A stretch of 64,000 nt of DNA from Prochloron sp. SulCav_FS08_3_32_3330. GTDB taxonomy: Bacteria; Cyanobacteriota; Cyanobacteriia; Cyanobacteriales; DYNF01. Below the pieces are notes generated by a model. It saw nothing but the letters and a program-made list of their open reading frames with translations. It did not search any database and had not been told where the DNA came from. Shown one piece after another: positions 9,790-19,717 of the stretch (within the stretch, counting starts at the first letter, position 1; every line of letters begins with the position of its first letter). A program made the position numbers and the translations under genes. The DNA lies in the NCBI GenBank assembly GCA_020721205.1, contig DYNF01000007.1, positions 1,241 to 65,240 on the forward strand, given 5' to 3'.

Positions 9790-9935
9790 TTAGATCGCAG
9801 TCCTAAATCAGTCATCGCAAATCAAATATTTTTAAAAAGAAGCTTAAAGTCTTGTCATAAAAAACCAATGACCAATGACAAATGACAAAAGCGATCAACC
9901 ATTTGGGACACAAGCTATTTAGGATTGCTATAGTT
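9790..9935. mobile_element. Second copy of the MITE-like inverted-repeat/heptamer element
   Basis: Inverted repeat gcagtcctaaat (9797-9808) / atttaggattgc (9917-9928); core 'ccaatgaccaatgacaaatgacaaaag' (TTGGTCA/TTGTCAT heptamers); same 'ggattgctatagtt' terminus as 8619-8757. Confidence 0.55.
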
Positions 9936-9970
9936 TGTTGTTATAAATTTAAGATTATTAAATCATTTTT

Positions 9971-10741
9971 TTGGGTAAGATTCTATTATTTATGCTGTCA
10001 AAAGTTAACTTATTAAAAGAGCTTCCTCCCGATTTAGATCAAAGCCGTTTACCACGTCATGTAGCGGTGATTATGGATGGAAATGGACGTTGGGCAAAAA
10101 ATCGAGGAAAAGCCCGTATTTTTGGGCATCAAAAAGGCGTAGATGTGTTAAAAGATTTGTTACGTTGTTGTCAAGATTGGGGAATTTCTGCCCTCACTGC
10201 TTATGCTTTTTCCACAGAAAATTGGGGTAGACCTCAACCCGAAGTAGAGTTTTTAATGACTTTATTTGAGAGGGTTTTAAGAAAAGAATTAGACGAAATG
10301 GTAGCAAAAGATGTATGTATTCGCTTTATTGGGGATTTAACGAATTTACCTCACTCTTTACAAGAGGAGATTAAGAGGGGAATGGAAGCTACAAAAGAGA
10401 ATAAAGGAGTTAAATTTAATATTGCCACAAATTACGGCGGTAGACAAGAAATAATCCAAGCTTGTGTAGCGATCGCCTCAAATGTGGAAAAAGGCTTAAT
10501 CAAAGTAGAAGAAATTGACGAAAAACTATTTGAAAATCATTTATATACGACTGGAATTATCTCACCAGATTTATTAATTCGTACTAGTGGAGAAATGAGA
10601 ATTAGTAATTTTTTATTATGGCAAATGGCTTATACAGAAATTTATGTGACATCTACATTGTGGCCCGATTTTAATAGAGAGAAATTTCATCAAGCTTTAT
10701 TAAATTATCAACAAAGAGATCGGCGTTTTGGTAAAGTTTAA
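9971..10741 (+). CDS. uppS: Isoprenyl transferase (undecaprenyl-diphosphate synthase)
   Basis: '[13 protein letters not shown]', 'FSTENW', '[15 protein letters not shown]'. True start may be the internal Met (MLSKV...). Confidence 0.9.
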   Translation: MGKILLFMLSKVNLLKELPPDLDQSRLPRHVAVIMDGNGRWAKNRGKARIFGHQKGVDVLKDLLRCCQDWGISALTAYAFSTENWGRPQPEVEFLMTLFERVLRKELDEMVAKDVCIRFIGDLTNLPHSLQEEIKRGMEATKENKGVKFNIATNYGGRQEIIQACVAIASNVEKGLIKVEEIDEKLFENHLYTTGIISPDLLIRTSGEMRISNFLLWQMAYTEIYVTSTLWPDFNREKFHQALLNYQQRDRRFGKV

Positions 10742-10756
10742 AAGCTGAAAAAATAT

Positions 10757-10782
10757 GCCCGTTGTTGCGCTTTAGCGCTACA
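10757..10782. repeat. Single REP-like unit (cgttgttgcgctttagcgct)
   Basis: Member of the dispersed GTTGTTG-NGCTTTAGCN family, just after the uppS stop. Confidence 0.6.
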
Positions 10783-10812
10783 ATTATATATAACTTACCC
10801 GATTTAGGTTTA

Positions 10813-11547
10813 CTACAGAAAAAACCTAAATTCTATACTAATTCTATCATTTTTCATTGTAGAATTAACATAAGTTTGATGTAAAGTACCATTTAAAAAA
10901 ATCACAGCATCCCCTCTATTTAATTCAGGAGTATAAAAATCTTCAAAACTAAATTTTTCTCTTAATATTTCTTCTTTTAAATAATTAAAATGTAAAGGTT
11001 TTTTAAGATATTTTGTAATAAATTGTAAGCCGGGACGATCCATCCCACAATCTGTTAAAGGTAGCCATAAAGTGATTAAATTAGTTAAAGGAATATCTAC
11101 ATATTGATCCTCAGAAATTAAAGGAAATTTTAACCCTAAAGCCCCATCTTGATGCCACCTGTGGGGCTGATGTAAATTATGATAGTTAGAGGGAGCATAT
11201 TGTTTTCTTAACCAACATTGATCTAATTTAATTTTTAAATTTTCTCCCATAATTTGTACTAATATTTGTTGAATTAAAGAATTTTTAATTAAACTTAAAA
11301 TATCTGTTATAATTTGACTATCATAATCATTTAAAGCTGAAATATTTAAGGAAGTAACATGAGGTAAAAAATTATAACTTGAAGGTAAATAATTGTTTAC
11401 TTGATTAATCCCTTTTTCTTTAATTAATATTTCAATATCATTAAAACATTTTTCCGTTACTTGTCTTAACTGGAATAATTGTTCAAAATTAAAAATATTT
11501 TTTAAGACAATTACCCCTTTTTGTTGTAAAGTTAAAAGATGAGACAT
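10813..11547 (-). CDS. Putative Fe(II)/2-oxoglutarate dioxygenase (PhyH-like)
   Basis: 244 aa; 'HRWHQDG' resembles the HxD iron-binding motif of phytanoyl-CoA dioxygenase-like enzymes, with a distal 'LHQT'. Weak motif-only call. Confidence 0.35.
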   Translation of the reverse strand: MSHLLTLQQKGVIVLKNIFNFEQLFQLRQVTEKCFNDIEILIKEKGINQVNNYLPSSYNFLPHVTSLNISALNDYDSQIITDILSLIKNSLIQQILVQIMGENLKIKLDQCWLRKQYAPSNYHNLHQPHRWHQDGALGLKFPLISEDQYVDIPLTNLITLWLPLTDCGMDRPGLQFITKYLKKPLHFNYLKEEILREKFSFEDFYTPELNRGDAVIFLNGTLHQTYVNSTMKNDRISIEFRFFL

Positions 11548-11643
11548 AAAACTAAATTTTTAATAAAAAATAAACTTGTAGGCTAGACAATTTTTAAGTT
11601 ATAATTATTTATAAAAAAATTGTCATTCTTAGGATAAGAAGTT

Positions 11644-13803
11644 ATGAAAAATAATAAGAAAAAGAAACAATCTATCTGGATTGAAGGTACAACTCAAACG
11701 GGAAAAACTACCCGTTTAACTAAGTTATTTTCTCTATGGGTAAATCAACAATTTAAAAAGCAAAATTCTGAACAAGAAAAACTTAAACCTGTTACACCTT
11801 CAACTTTAATTTTAGCAGGAAATGATGAGAATAAAAAACTTTTAGGTGCGCAACTTTCTCTGTCAGTTAAAGGTAGTTATCCTGTCATTTGTAAAACTCC
11901 TTTAGGCTTTTTTTCCGATGAGGTAATTTTATTTTTTCCTTTAATTTCTACACAATTAAATCTAAAAGCTCAATTTCCTCTGAGATTACGTCCAGAAACT
12001 GAGCAAGATTTAGCGACTAGACTCTGGCGAGATCAACTAGAGGAAGATGATATCGCTTTATTTGGCAATGAATATCGCTTTGTGCGTCGCACCTTGGATC
12101 TCTTACAGTTGGCGGGTGCTAGTGGTATCCCTACGGAAAGAATTAGTGATATTTTAGAGAAAAGTAAAGTTTTAACTCTCCTACAAAATACTACGAATAT
12201 TACTCATAATTCTTTAACTCGAAAAATTGGTAAATTATTAATCCAGTGGCGAGATTACTGTTTAGAAAGAGGTTTATTAAGTTATGGTTTAATTTATGAG
12301 CTTTATTGGCAATATTTATTACCTGATCCCGGATATCAAGAGCATTTATTTAAACGATATCAGGCAATATTTGCTGATAATATTGACGATTATCCGGCGA
12401 TCGCTAAGGATTTGTTTGATGTCCTCTTAGATCAAGGTGTTTATGGCGTTTTTACCTATAATCCTGATGGTCAGATCCGCAAAGGCTTAAACGCTGATCC
12501 TGATTATTTAATGATGTTAAAAGAAAGATGTAAAATTGAAGATTTAAGCCCGAAAGACTATCTAGGTAAAGCATTAACGGATATTATTATTCCTTGTATC
12601 ACAGAAAATAGTGTAATATCTCAATTTCCTGAGTCAATTAAATCTATTCAAACAGTTTCTAGGGCTGAATTATTGCGTCAAACTACGGATTATATTATTC
12701 ATTTAGTGAAAAATGAAAAGATCGATCCTGCTGATATCGCTATTATTGCCCCGGGTTTAGATGAGATCGCCCGTTATAGTTTTTTAGAGATATTTTCTGC
12801 TCATAATATTCCCATTGAGCCTTTAAATGAGCAACGTCCTCTGATTAGTTCTGCTTTAATTCGTGGTTTATTAACTCTTTTATGTCTAATTTATCCCCAT
12901 TTAGGCAGATTAGCCGATCGGGATGCTGTGGCGGAAATGCTTGTTATCTTAAGTCAAAAACCTGTTAATTCTAATGATCAAATCCGCCGTTTACAGGCTG
13001 AGATTGATCCGGTTAGGGCAGGATTATTAGCTGAGTATTGTTACTATTTGGCAGAGCAGAATCCTCACTTATTACCCTACGAAAATTATACTCGTTGGGA
13101 TCGTCTCGGCTATCATGCTACGACGGCTTATAGTGATATTTGTCACAAAATCGAGAACCTGAAAAACCTTGTAAAACAAGGAGAAAATGCTTCTCCTCTG
13201 GTAATATTAGATCAAGCAATCGAAGATTTTTTTGCTAATGGTAATATCTTACCTTTTGAGCAACTTTCAGCGTTACGGGAGTTGATGGAAACGGCACAAC
13301 ACTTCTGGGAAGTGGATCTCAGACTAAGACAAAATGGTGATATTGTAGCGGATGAAACGGCAACGATTGCTCAATTTATTTATTTATTACGACGGGGAAC
13401 AATTACCGCAAATCCCCGTCCTATGAAGCTTTTTGGGCATAAAAAATCTAATATTACTTTAGCAAATATCTTTCAATATCGTTCTTTGCGTTCACGTCAT
13501 AAATATCAATTTTGGTTAGATGCGGGATCAATATTATGGACAAAAGGAGGGGCTTCTGATTTATTTGGGGCGCAATTTTTCTTAAGAAATAGATTAGGAA
13601 AACCTTTAACAACTAATGAGGAAAATGAAGAAGATCAGGCACGTTTACAACGTATTTTAAGGGATTTATTGGGTAGAGTGGAAACAAAAGTTTATCTATG
13701 TCATAGTGATTTAAGTGTTACTGGTACGGAGCAAAATGGGGCTTTATTAATATTAGTTCATAGTTCGTTGTTGTGCTTTAGCACCACTTTATCACAATAT
13801 TAG
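11644..13803 (+). CDS. P-loop NTPase, degenerate UvrD/AddB-like helicase-nuclease family protein
   Basis: 719 aa; Walker A 'GTTQTGKTT'; 'IFADNIDDY' resembles helicase motif II. The last ~14 codons are encoded by REP-like repeats. Confidence 0.4.
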   Translation: MKNNKKKKQSIWIEGTTQTGKTTRLTKLFSLWVNQQFKKQNSEQEKLKPVTPSTLILAGNDENKKLLGAQLSLSVKGSYPVICKTPLGFFSDEVILFFPLISTQLNLKAQFPLRLRPETEQDLATRLWRDQLEEDDIALFGNEYRFVRRTLDLLQLAGASGIPTERISDILEKSKVLTLLQNTTNITHNSLTRKIGKLLIQWRDYCLERGLLSYGLIYELYWQYLLPDPGYQEHLFKRYQAIFADNIDDYPAIAKDLFDVLLDQGVYGVFTYNPDGQIRKGLNADPDYLMMLKERCKIEDLSPKDYLGKALTDIIIPCITENSVISQFPESIKSIQTVSRAELLRQTTDYIIHLVKNEKIDPADIAIIAPGLDEIARYSFLEIFSAHNIPIEPLNEQRPLISSALIRGLLTLLCLIYPHLGRLADRDAVAEMLVILSQKPVNSNDQIRRLQAEIDPVRAGLLAEYCYYLAEQNPHLLPYENYTRWDRLGYHATTAYSDICHKIENLKNLVKQGENASPLVILDQAIEDFFANGNILPFEQLSALRELMETAQHFWEVDLRLRQNGDIVADETATIAQFIYLLRRGTITANPRPMKLFGHKKSNITLANIFQYRSLRSRHKYQFWLDAGSILWTKGGASDLFGAQFFLRNRLGKPLTTNEENEEDQARLQRILRDLLGRVETKVYLCHSDLSVTGTEQNGALLILVHSSLLCFSTTLSQY

Positions 13804-13980
13804 TTAATCGTTCGTTGTTGTGCTTTAGCACCACCTTTTAGTGCTGAAGCGCAACAACGAGCCTTTTAGCGCTGAAGCGCAACAACGAGCCTTTTAGTGC
13901 TGAAGCGCAACAACGAGCCTTTTAGCGCTGAAGCGCAACAACGAGCCTGTAGCGCTGAAGCGCAACAACGAGCCTTTTAG
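13763..13980. repeat. REP-like repeat array: 2 forward units plus 5 inverted units in 28-bp tandem
   Basis: 'gttcgttgttgtgctttagcaccac' twice, then 'ccttttagYgctgaagcgcaacaacgag' five times with a 28-bp period. Overlaps the 3' ends of both convergent genes. Confidence 0.9.
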
Positions 13981-15455
13981 CTTAAGATCCAGTTAACTAA
14001 AGTCCGCACAGGATACCCCGTTGCCCCTTGATTATTAATCCCACTTTCTTTATCCGCCCACACTGGACCCGCAATATCTATATGCGCCCAAGGGGTTTTT
14101 TCGATAAATTGTTTTAAAAATAAAGCGGCGGTAATCGCCCCTCCTGAGCGACTTCCTGTGTTTTTCATATCGGCGATCGGGGATTTCATTAACTCAAAAT
14201 AGTTCTCTTTCAGAGGCATTTCCCACATTGGTTCACCAGAGGCTTCTGAGGCTTGTTTGAGTTCTTTAGTTAGGTTTTCATCCGTTGACCAGAAACCCGC
14301 AATATCATCCCCTAAAGCCACCACACAAGCCCCTGTTAAAGTAGCTAAATCTACGATCGCATCTAACTCTAATTTTTCCGTATAAACTAGAGCATCAGCG
14401 AGGGTTAAACGCCCTTCAGCGTCGGTGTTATTCACCTCGATCGTTTTACCATTGGAAGCCGTTAAAATATCCCCCGGACGCAAAGCACGACCACTGATCA
14501 TATTTTCCGTAACGGCGGAAATAAAATGTACTTCCACATCAGGTTTAAGTTGAGCGATCGCTTTTGCCGCACCGAAAGTCGCCCCAGCACCCCCCATATC
14601 TACTTTCATACTCTCAATCCCACTACCGCTAACTTTTAAGTTTAAACCGCCCGAATCAAAAGTTAAGCCTTTCCCGACGATCGCCACTTTACGGCGAGGA
14701 GTACCGGAAGGATTATAAATTAAATGAATAAATTTAGGAGGTAATTCAGAGGCTTTTGCCACTCCTAAAAAAGAACCCATCCCTAATTTTTCACAGTCTT
14801 CTTGTTCCAGAATTTCCAGTTTTAACCCGTAATTATGAGCTAATTCTTTGGCTGTTTCTGCCATTGTGACAGGAGTTAACACATTAGCCGGAGCATTAAC
14901 CAATTCTTTTGCTAAAATTACCCCTGAGCAAATTTGCTCCGTGCGAGTAATTACGGTTTCAATCGCACTAAAACCAAGTAAATCAACTGTTTCCAGTTTT
15001 AAATCTTGATCTTGAGGATCCGATTTAAAACGATTATCCTGATGGAGAGCGAGGATCAGTCCCTCAGCGATCGCTCCGGCTGAACCCTCTTTATCCTCAT
15101 TAAAGTTTGGTAATTGTAGGGCAAGAGTTTTAATTTTTTCCTTTTTAGCGATTCGGGCGATCGCCGCCCCAGTTTTACGCAGAGTATTTAAACTAAAATC
15201 AGAGGATTTGCCCAATCCCACAATCATAATTTTACGGATAGGGGTATTACTGCCCACACGAGTGAGACAGATACATCCTGTTTTCCCTTTACACTCTTTT
15301 TCCTGAATCAACTCAGAAATTGTCCCTAAAAGTTTTTGATCAAGTTGAGTCATTTCGTCATTGAGGGTAAGAATTTCCTCTCTTTCAAAAAAGCCCACTG
15401 CTAAAGCATCTCCAGTCCAGTCTAAAACTGATATTTCTTTGCCGTAAATTTTCAT
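13977..15455 (-). CDS. pepA: Leucyl aminopeptidase (M17)
   Basis: 492 aa; '[14 protein letters not shown]' and '[11 protein letters not shown]' M17 signatures. Confidence 0.9.
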   Translation of the reverse strand: MKIYGKEISVLDWTGDALAVGFFEREEILTLNDEMTQLDQKLLGTISELIQEKECKGKTGCICLTRVGSNTPIRKIMIVGLGKSSDFSLNTLRKTGAAIARIAKKEKIKTLALQLPNFNEDKEGSAGAIAEGLILALHQDNRFKSDPQDQDLKLETVDLLGFSAIETVITRTEQICSGVILAKELVNAPANVLTPVTMAETAKELAHNYGLKLEILEQEDCEKLGMGSFLGVAKASELPPKFIHLIYNPSGTPRRKVAIVGKGLTFDSGGLNLKVSGSGIESMKVDMGGAGATFGAAKAIAQLKPDVEVHFISAVTENMISGRALRPGDILTASNGKTIEVNNTDAEGRLTLADALVYTEKLELDAIVDLATLTGACVVALGDDIAGFWSTDENLTKELKQASEASGEPMWEMPLKENYFELMKSPIADMKNTGSRSGGAITAALFLKQFIEKTPWAHIDIAGPVWADKESGINNQGATGYPVRTLVNWILS

Positions 15456-15513
15456 TGTTTATTAAAAACCTCTTATAGAAAGAATCCTGTTGGCATCAAA
15501 AAATTAGGTTTAT

Positions 15514-15667
15514 TCATTCTTTTTGTTTCCAACAGATTAAAATCTGTTGCTACCTAGACAAAACCCGTGAAGACGGGTTTTATGATTAAATATTAACTAA
15601 ATATTTAAAAAAATCAACCTGCGTAGGCAGGTTTTGTTTATGTAGCAACAGATTTTAATCTGTTGCC
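15514..15667 (+). mobile_element. Four-hairpin MITE, copy 1 (divergent, lacks a clear right terminal repeat)
   Basis: Same architecture as the copies at 19.7, 28.7, 37.3 and 59.5 kb. Hairpins 1 and 4 read caacagatt...aatctgttg (compensated changes). Hairpin 2 is flipped (cccgtgaagacggg). Confidence 0.75.
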
Positions 15668-15677
15668 TAAATGTATT

Positions 15678-16718
15678 TTATCTGTAAGGAGTATCAACAA
15701 ATCCTAAATCATAAAGCTGTTGATAAGCCTGTCTTCCTAAATCACCGCTAGGAGACTGAGAGCCAATCACTTGAATCAGTAAAGGAATAGCCAGAGGAGC
15801 TTGATTTTGTTGACGATGAATCAATGCCATTTGATAGGTACTTTCATCCCGTTTTTGTCCCGTTTCAAACGCTCTTTTTCTTTGATCTGCGTAAATATCG
15901 GGGTTAATACCTTGAAAAACATCTGCTAATCTGAGATGAAGACTCGATAATTGTTGAAACATTTGACGAGCTTCTTGTAATTTAGCGATCGCACCCTCAT
16001 AATCTTGTTGATCAATTTTTTCTTGAGCCTGTATCATTAAATTTTGTCCAACAGTAAAACTGAAAATATCATTTTCCGAGGCGATCGGTTGATTTACCAG
16101 AGTTTCAGGAGTTTCGCTATTATTTTCCTCTGGATTAGTTTCAGGAGTTTCAGGAGTTTCAGGAGTTGATAAAGGAATATTCGTAAAACCAAAAGCCAGA
16201 AGACGTTGATAAGCTTGTTTTCCTAGATCACTGGTAGGTAACTGAGACTCTAAAACTTGAATCAATAAAGGGAGGGCTAAAGGAGCTTCTCCCGCTTCCT
16301 CATGGGTAACAGCTAATAAATAAGTCACTTCATCCCGTTTTTGTCCAGCATCTAAAGCACTTCTACGTCTAGCATTATAAATATTATTATTAACTCCCTG
16401 AAATTGATTTGCTAGTTGCAAATGAAAATTAGAAAGTTGATTAAAAACTTGACGAGATTCCTGTAACTTTTCAATCGCTAAGGAATAATTTTGAGCAGAA
16501 ATAGCTGTAGTGGCTTCTGTGTGTAATCTTTCGCCCCCCGCCATACTAAAAAGATTATCTTGGGATAAAGGGCGCACAATCGTAACACCAGAGTTATTAA
16601 TATTTTCTTCAGGAATAGGAGTTTGAGCATTAACATTAATTTTTGGGGTTAATACTAGAATTAATAACAGAGAAAATAGACTTTTAGAGAATAAAAAAAG
16701 TGACTTAAAGCGAAACAT
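15678..16718 (-). CDS. Secreted protein with an internal ~150-aa duplication and TPE linker
   Basis: 346 aa; signal-peptide-like N-terminus. Two homologous halves ('LQESRQVFNQLSNFHLQLANQFQG...' and 'LQEARQMFQQLSSLHLRLADVFQG...') joined by 'TPETPETPET'. Confidence 0.5.
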   Translation of the reverse strand: MFRFKSLFLFSKSLFSLLLILVLTPKINVNAQTPIPEENINNSGVTIVRPLSQDNLFSMAGGERLHTEATTAISAQNYSLAIEKLQESRQVFNQLSNFHLQLANQFQGVNNNIYNARRRSALDAGQKRDEVTYLLAVTHEEAGEAPLALPLLIQVLESQLPTSDLGKQAYQRLLAFGFTNIPLSTPETPETPETNPEENNSETPETLVNQPIASENDIFSFTVGQNLMIQAQEKIDQQDYEGAIAKLQEARQMFQQLSSLHLRLADVFQGINPDIYADQRKRAFETGQKRDESTYQMALIHRQQNQAPLAIPLLIQVIGSQSPSGDLGRQAYQQLYDLGFVDTPYR

Positions 16719-16823
16719 AAAATTAAAGTAATAACTCAGCTAAATTTAATAAAATTTATTTATTTACATATCTTAACATTTATAATTCAAAATTCCCCAT
16801 TCAAAAAAGGTTTTCTAACAACA

Positions 16824-16853
16824 AGTATAGACGTGCCATGGCACGTCTATACT
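16824..16853 (-). terminator. Perfect 30-bp palindrome downstream of the S41 protease gene
   Basis: agtatagacgtgccatggcacgtctatact is self-complementary and lies 14 bp after the stop of the 16867-18189 gene, with a distal U-rich tract on the minus strand. Confidence 0.5.
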
Positions 16854-16866
16854 TCAAATTTTCTGT

Positions 16867-18189
16867 TTAAGGACGGGCTTGACGAGTAGAAGAATTTTGT
16901 GCTGTAATTTCATCACTTAGTACATCCCAAGCTTTCACAAATTGAGGATCATCAAAAGTACCGATTAAATTACGATCACGAGAAAGAGTTTGTCTTTCTT
17001 CATCACTCAATTCAGAAATTATATCAGGATGGATCCCTTCCTTATTAATATCACGACCATTAGGAGTTAAATATTTAGCAATAGTCACCGCCATTCCCGC
17101 TTGACTATGGTTTAATTCTTTCACAGATTGAACCAAACCCTTGCCAAAAGTTTTTGTTCCCACTAACTTAGCACGATGATGATCTTGAAGCGCACCAGAA
17201 AGAATTTCACTAGCACTAGCGGATCCACCATCTACTAAAACCACTAAAGGTTTATCACTTAAAGCACGATGATTAGCCGATTCCACATCCACCGTCCCTT
17301 GACGATTAACAGTAGACACAATTGTGCCATCATCAATCCACATTCTCGCAATTTCAATACTAGCGCTTAAAAGACCCCCCGGATTAGACCTTAAGTCTAA
17401 AACATAACCTTTTACCCCTTGATCTTCTAAGTCAGCAATCGCATCATCCATTTCCCCTGAAGCTTGAGCGCTAAACTGATTAAGACGAATATAACCAATT
17501 TTACCAAGATCAGAATTATGATCAATTACTTTAAAACTGACAGGATGAATTTGAATAATATCTCGGATAATAGGAAAATCTTTAATTTCTTCCTTAATCT
17601 CCTCCCCTTCTTTATTTTCCCGAAGGATCGTTAAAATAACTTCTGTACCCCGTATCCCTCTAATTTTACTTACCGCTTCTTCCAGAGTCATTCCCTCCGT
17701 AGTAATACCATCAATTTTAATAATTGTATCCCCACCATAAATTCCAGCCCGAAAAGCTGGACTACCTTCAATCGGTGATTCCACAAAGATTTTACCCGTT
17801 TCTTCATCCTGTCGAATCTGGATCCCCACCCCAGTTAATTCGCCCGAAGTATCAATTTTCATATTTTGAAACTGCTCGGGATCCATAAATCTTGTATAGG
17901 GATCATCAAGATTTTTTAACATTTCTCGGATCGCTTCGTAAGCTTCTTCATCAGTGTTATAGGTCCGTCCTAAATATTCTTGACGAATTGCTCTCCAATC
18001 TTTACCATTAAATGTGCCATCCACATATTCTCGATAGACAATTTGCCATACTTCATCCACCAGTTCTTTAGAACTGTCTGAATATAAAGATTGACTATGG
18101 GAAAGGTGGATCCCTGCCCCAATCACGGCAACGGTCGTAACTGCCATTGCCGTGCATCCGAGAATTAGTCCTCGTTTTGAAATAATCAT
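16867..18189 (-). CDS. Carboxyl-terminal processing protease (S41, Ctp family)
   Basis: 440 aa; N-terminal TM/signal; PDZ region 'GVGIQI...SPIEGSPAFRAGI'; 'RSNPGGLL', 'GSASASEI', 'TFGKG'. Confidence 0.88.
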   Translation of the reverse strand: MIISKRGLILGCTAMAVTTVAVIGAGIHLSHSQSLYSDSSKELVDEVWQIVYREYVDGTFNGKDWRAIRQEYLGRTYNTDEEAYEAIREMLKNLDDPYTRFMDPEQFQNMKIDTSGELTGVGIQIRQDEETGKIFVESPIEGSPAFRAGIYGGDTIIKIDGITTEGMTLEEAVSKIRGIRGTEVILTILRENKEGEEIKEEIKDFPIIRDIIQIHPVSFKVIDHNSDLGKIGYIRLNQFSAQASGEMDDAIADLEDQGVKGYVLDLRSNPGGLLSASIEIARMWIDDGTIVSTVNRQGTVDVESANHRALSDKPLVVLVDGGSASASEILSGALQDHHRAKLVGTKTFGKGLVQSVKELNHSQAGMAVTIAKYLTPNGRDINKEGIHPDIISELSDEERQTLSRDRNLIGTFDDPQFVKAWDVLSDEITAQNSSTRQARP

Positions 18190-18463
18190 AAGCGAATTAA
18201 TTAAGATAGGTGAATTAATATTAAGATGATCTACTATATATTTAAAATTTTAGCTTTAAATTTCGGAATTTACTTGAAGCAATTGATGTTAATATATCCC
18301 ATTGCCTTCAATTATAACAACAGCTAAACAGGAAACCTATTTTCCGAATAGATTTGTTAAATGCGAGGGCGACGATCGCTTCTACTAACTTCTATTATAT
18401 CTAATCTTGAAAAGAATTTTTGATCTACTATAATTAAACGGGGATCAATGGAGTAACAAATCA

Positions 18464-19309
18464 ATGACAAGTATTGTATCAGTTTCTTCTGAACAACTAA
18501 GAGAACGCAGAAAACAACTTAGACGAGAAAAAAAAATCTTTTTTTGGCAGGGTTTATGGCGTTTTACCTTAATTACGGCGATCACAGGCGGGTTAACTTG
18601 GATTATTACTCGTCCTAACTGGATTATTTACGAAAATACCCAAATTGAGATTGAAGGGAATCAATTTTTATCTCAAGATGCCATTCGAGCTTTATTACCT
18701 TTATCTTACCCTCAATCTTTATTACAAATTCAACCTCAAGAATTAGTCAATCAATTAGAGTCTACCGGACCCATTGCCGAGGCGGTGGTTTCTCGTCAGG
18801 TATTTCCCCCCAGTTTGACGATTGAAGTAAGGGAAAGAAAACCTGTAGCGATCGCCCCTTCTCCTTTTGATAATGAACCCGGATTTTTAGATGCCCAAGG
18901 AATTTGGATGCCCCAAAGCAGTTATACTCAAATTAAAGAGAAATTAGATTTACCAAAATTAAGGGTTTTAGGTTTTCAAGAAGAATTAAGATCCCATTGG
19001 CAAACTCTTTATCCTTTAATTCAGCGTTCTGTGGTAAAAATTACCGTAGTAGATTGGCACAATCCCAATAATTTAGTTTTAGTGACAGAATTAGGAAAAG
19101 TCCATTGTGGTGGGACGGATGCTTTTCTGAATGAACAGTTAAGGGTATTAACAAAAATGCGAGAATTACCCAATCAGATTGCGATTACAGAGATTGAATA
19201 TATAGATTTAACTAATCCCCAATATCCCACGATTCAATTAGTTAGGGATCCCAAAAGTCCTTCAGGAGGGGCTACTTTTTCATCATCGGAAATTGCCCAA
19301 AGGCTTTAG
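18464..19309 (+). CDS. ftsQ: Cell division protein FtsQ
   Basis: 281 aa; basic N-terminus, single TM helix, POTRA-like 'IEIEGNQFLSQDAIRALL'. Size and architecture of cyanobacterial FtsQ. Confidence 0.7.
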   Translation: MTSIVSVSSEQLRERRKQLRREKKIFFWQGLWRFTLITAITGGLTWIITRPNWIIYENTQIEIEGNQFLSQDAIRALLPLSYPQSLLQIQPQELVNQLESTGPIAEAVVSRQVFPPSLTIEVRERKPVAIAPSPFDNEPGFLDAQGIWMPQSSYTQIKEKLDLPKLRVLGFQEELRSHWQTLYPLIQRSVVKITVVDWHNPNNLVLVTELGKVHCGGTDAFLNEQLRVLTKMRELPNQIAITEIEYIDLTNPQYPTIQLVRDPKSPSGGATFSSSEIAQRL

Positions 19310-19394
19310 TCTGACAAAATTTCACTGACAATATAAAATTATCTTGAACATACAGCCCTTTGCGTAACGGTTAGGTACAATTTATTTTCCCCCT

Positions 19395-19717
19395 CTCCTG
19401 TGGGCAGGGTGTTTTCATTCTCAAATTTTGTGATCTTTATAACCTTTTTCTGATCAAGTTTTTAGCTTGTTTTTGATATTAATTAGTCAAATATTATTAA
19501 AAAACCTGATCATTGTTAACAGAAATTTAGTTCAATTTATTGAACGATTTTTATTAGCAATGAAATTCATTTCATTGCGGTATCAATACTTTCAGGGATA
19601 ACTGTGTGTAATTAACCCGCTTTGAAATAGAATTTCAAAGCTAATAGCGATCGTTCAATAAATTGAACTAAGAAAACGCAATTTACCCCCGAGAATGAAA
19701 ACGCCCTGCTCCTGTGG
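19395..19717 (+). mobile_element. MITE variant A: same terminal repeats as the four-hairpin MITE, different interior
   Basis: Left terminal repeat gcagggtgttttcattc (19404-19420), right repeat gaatgaaaacgccctg (19693-19708), flanked by the 9-bp direct repeat ctcctgtgg (19395-19403 and 19709-19717). Confidence 0.8.
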
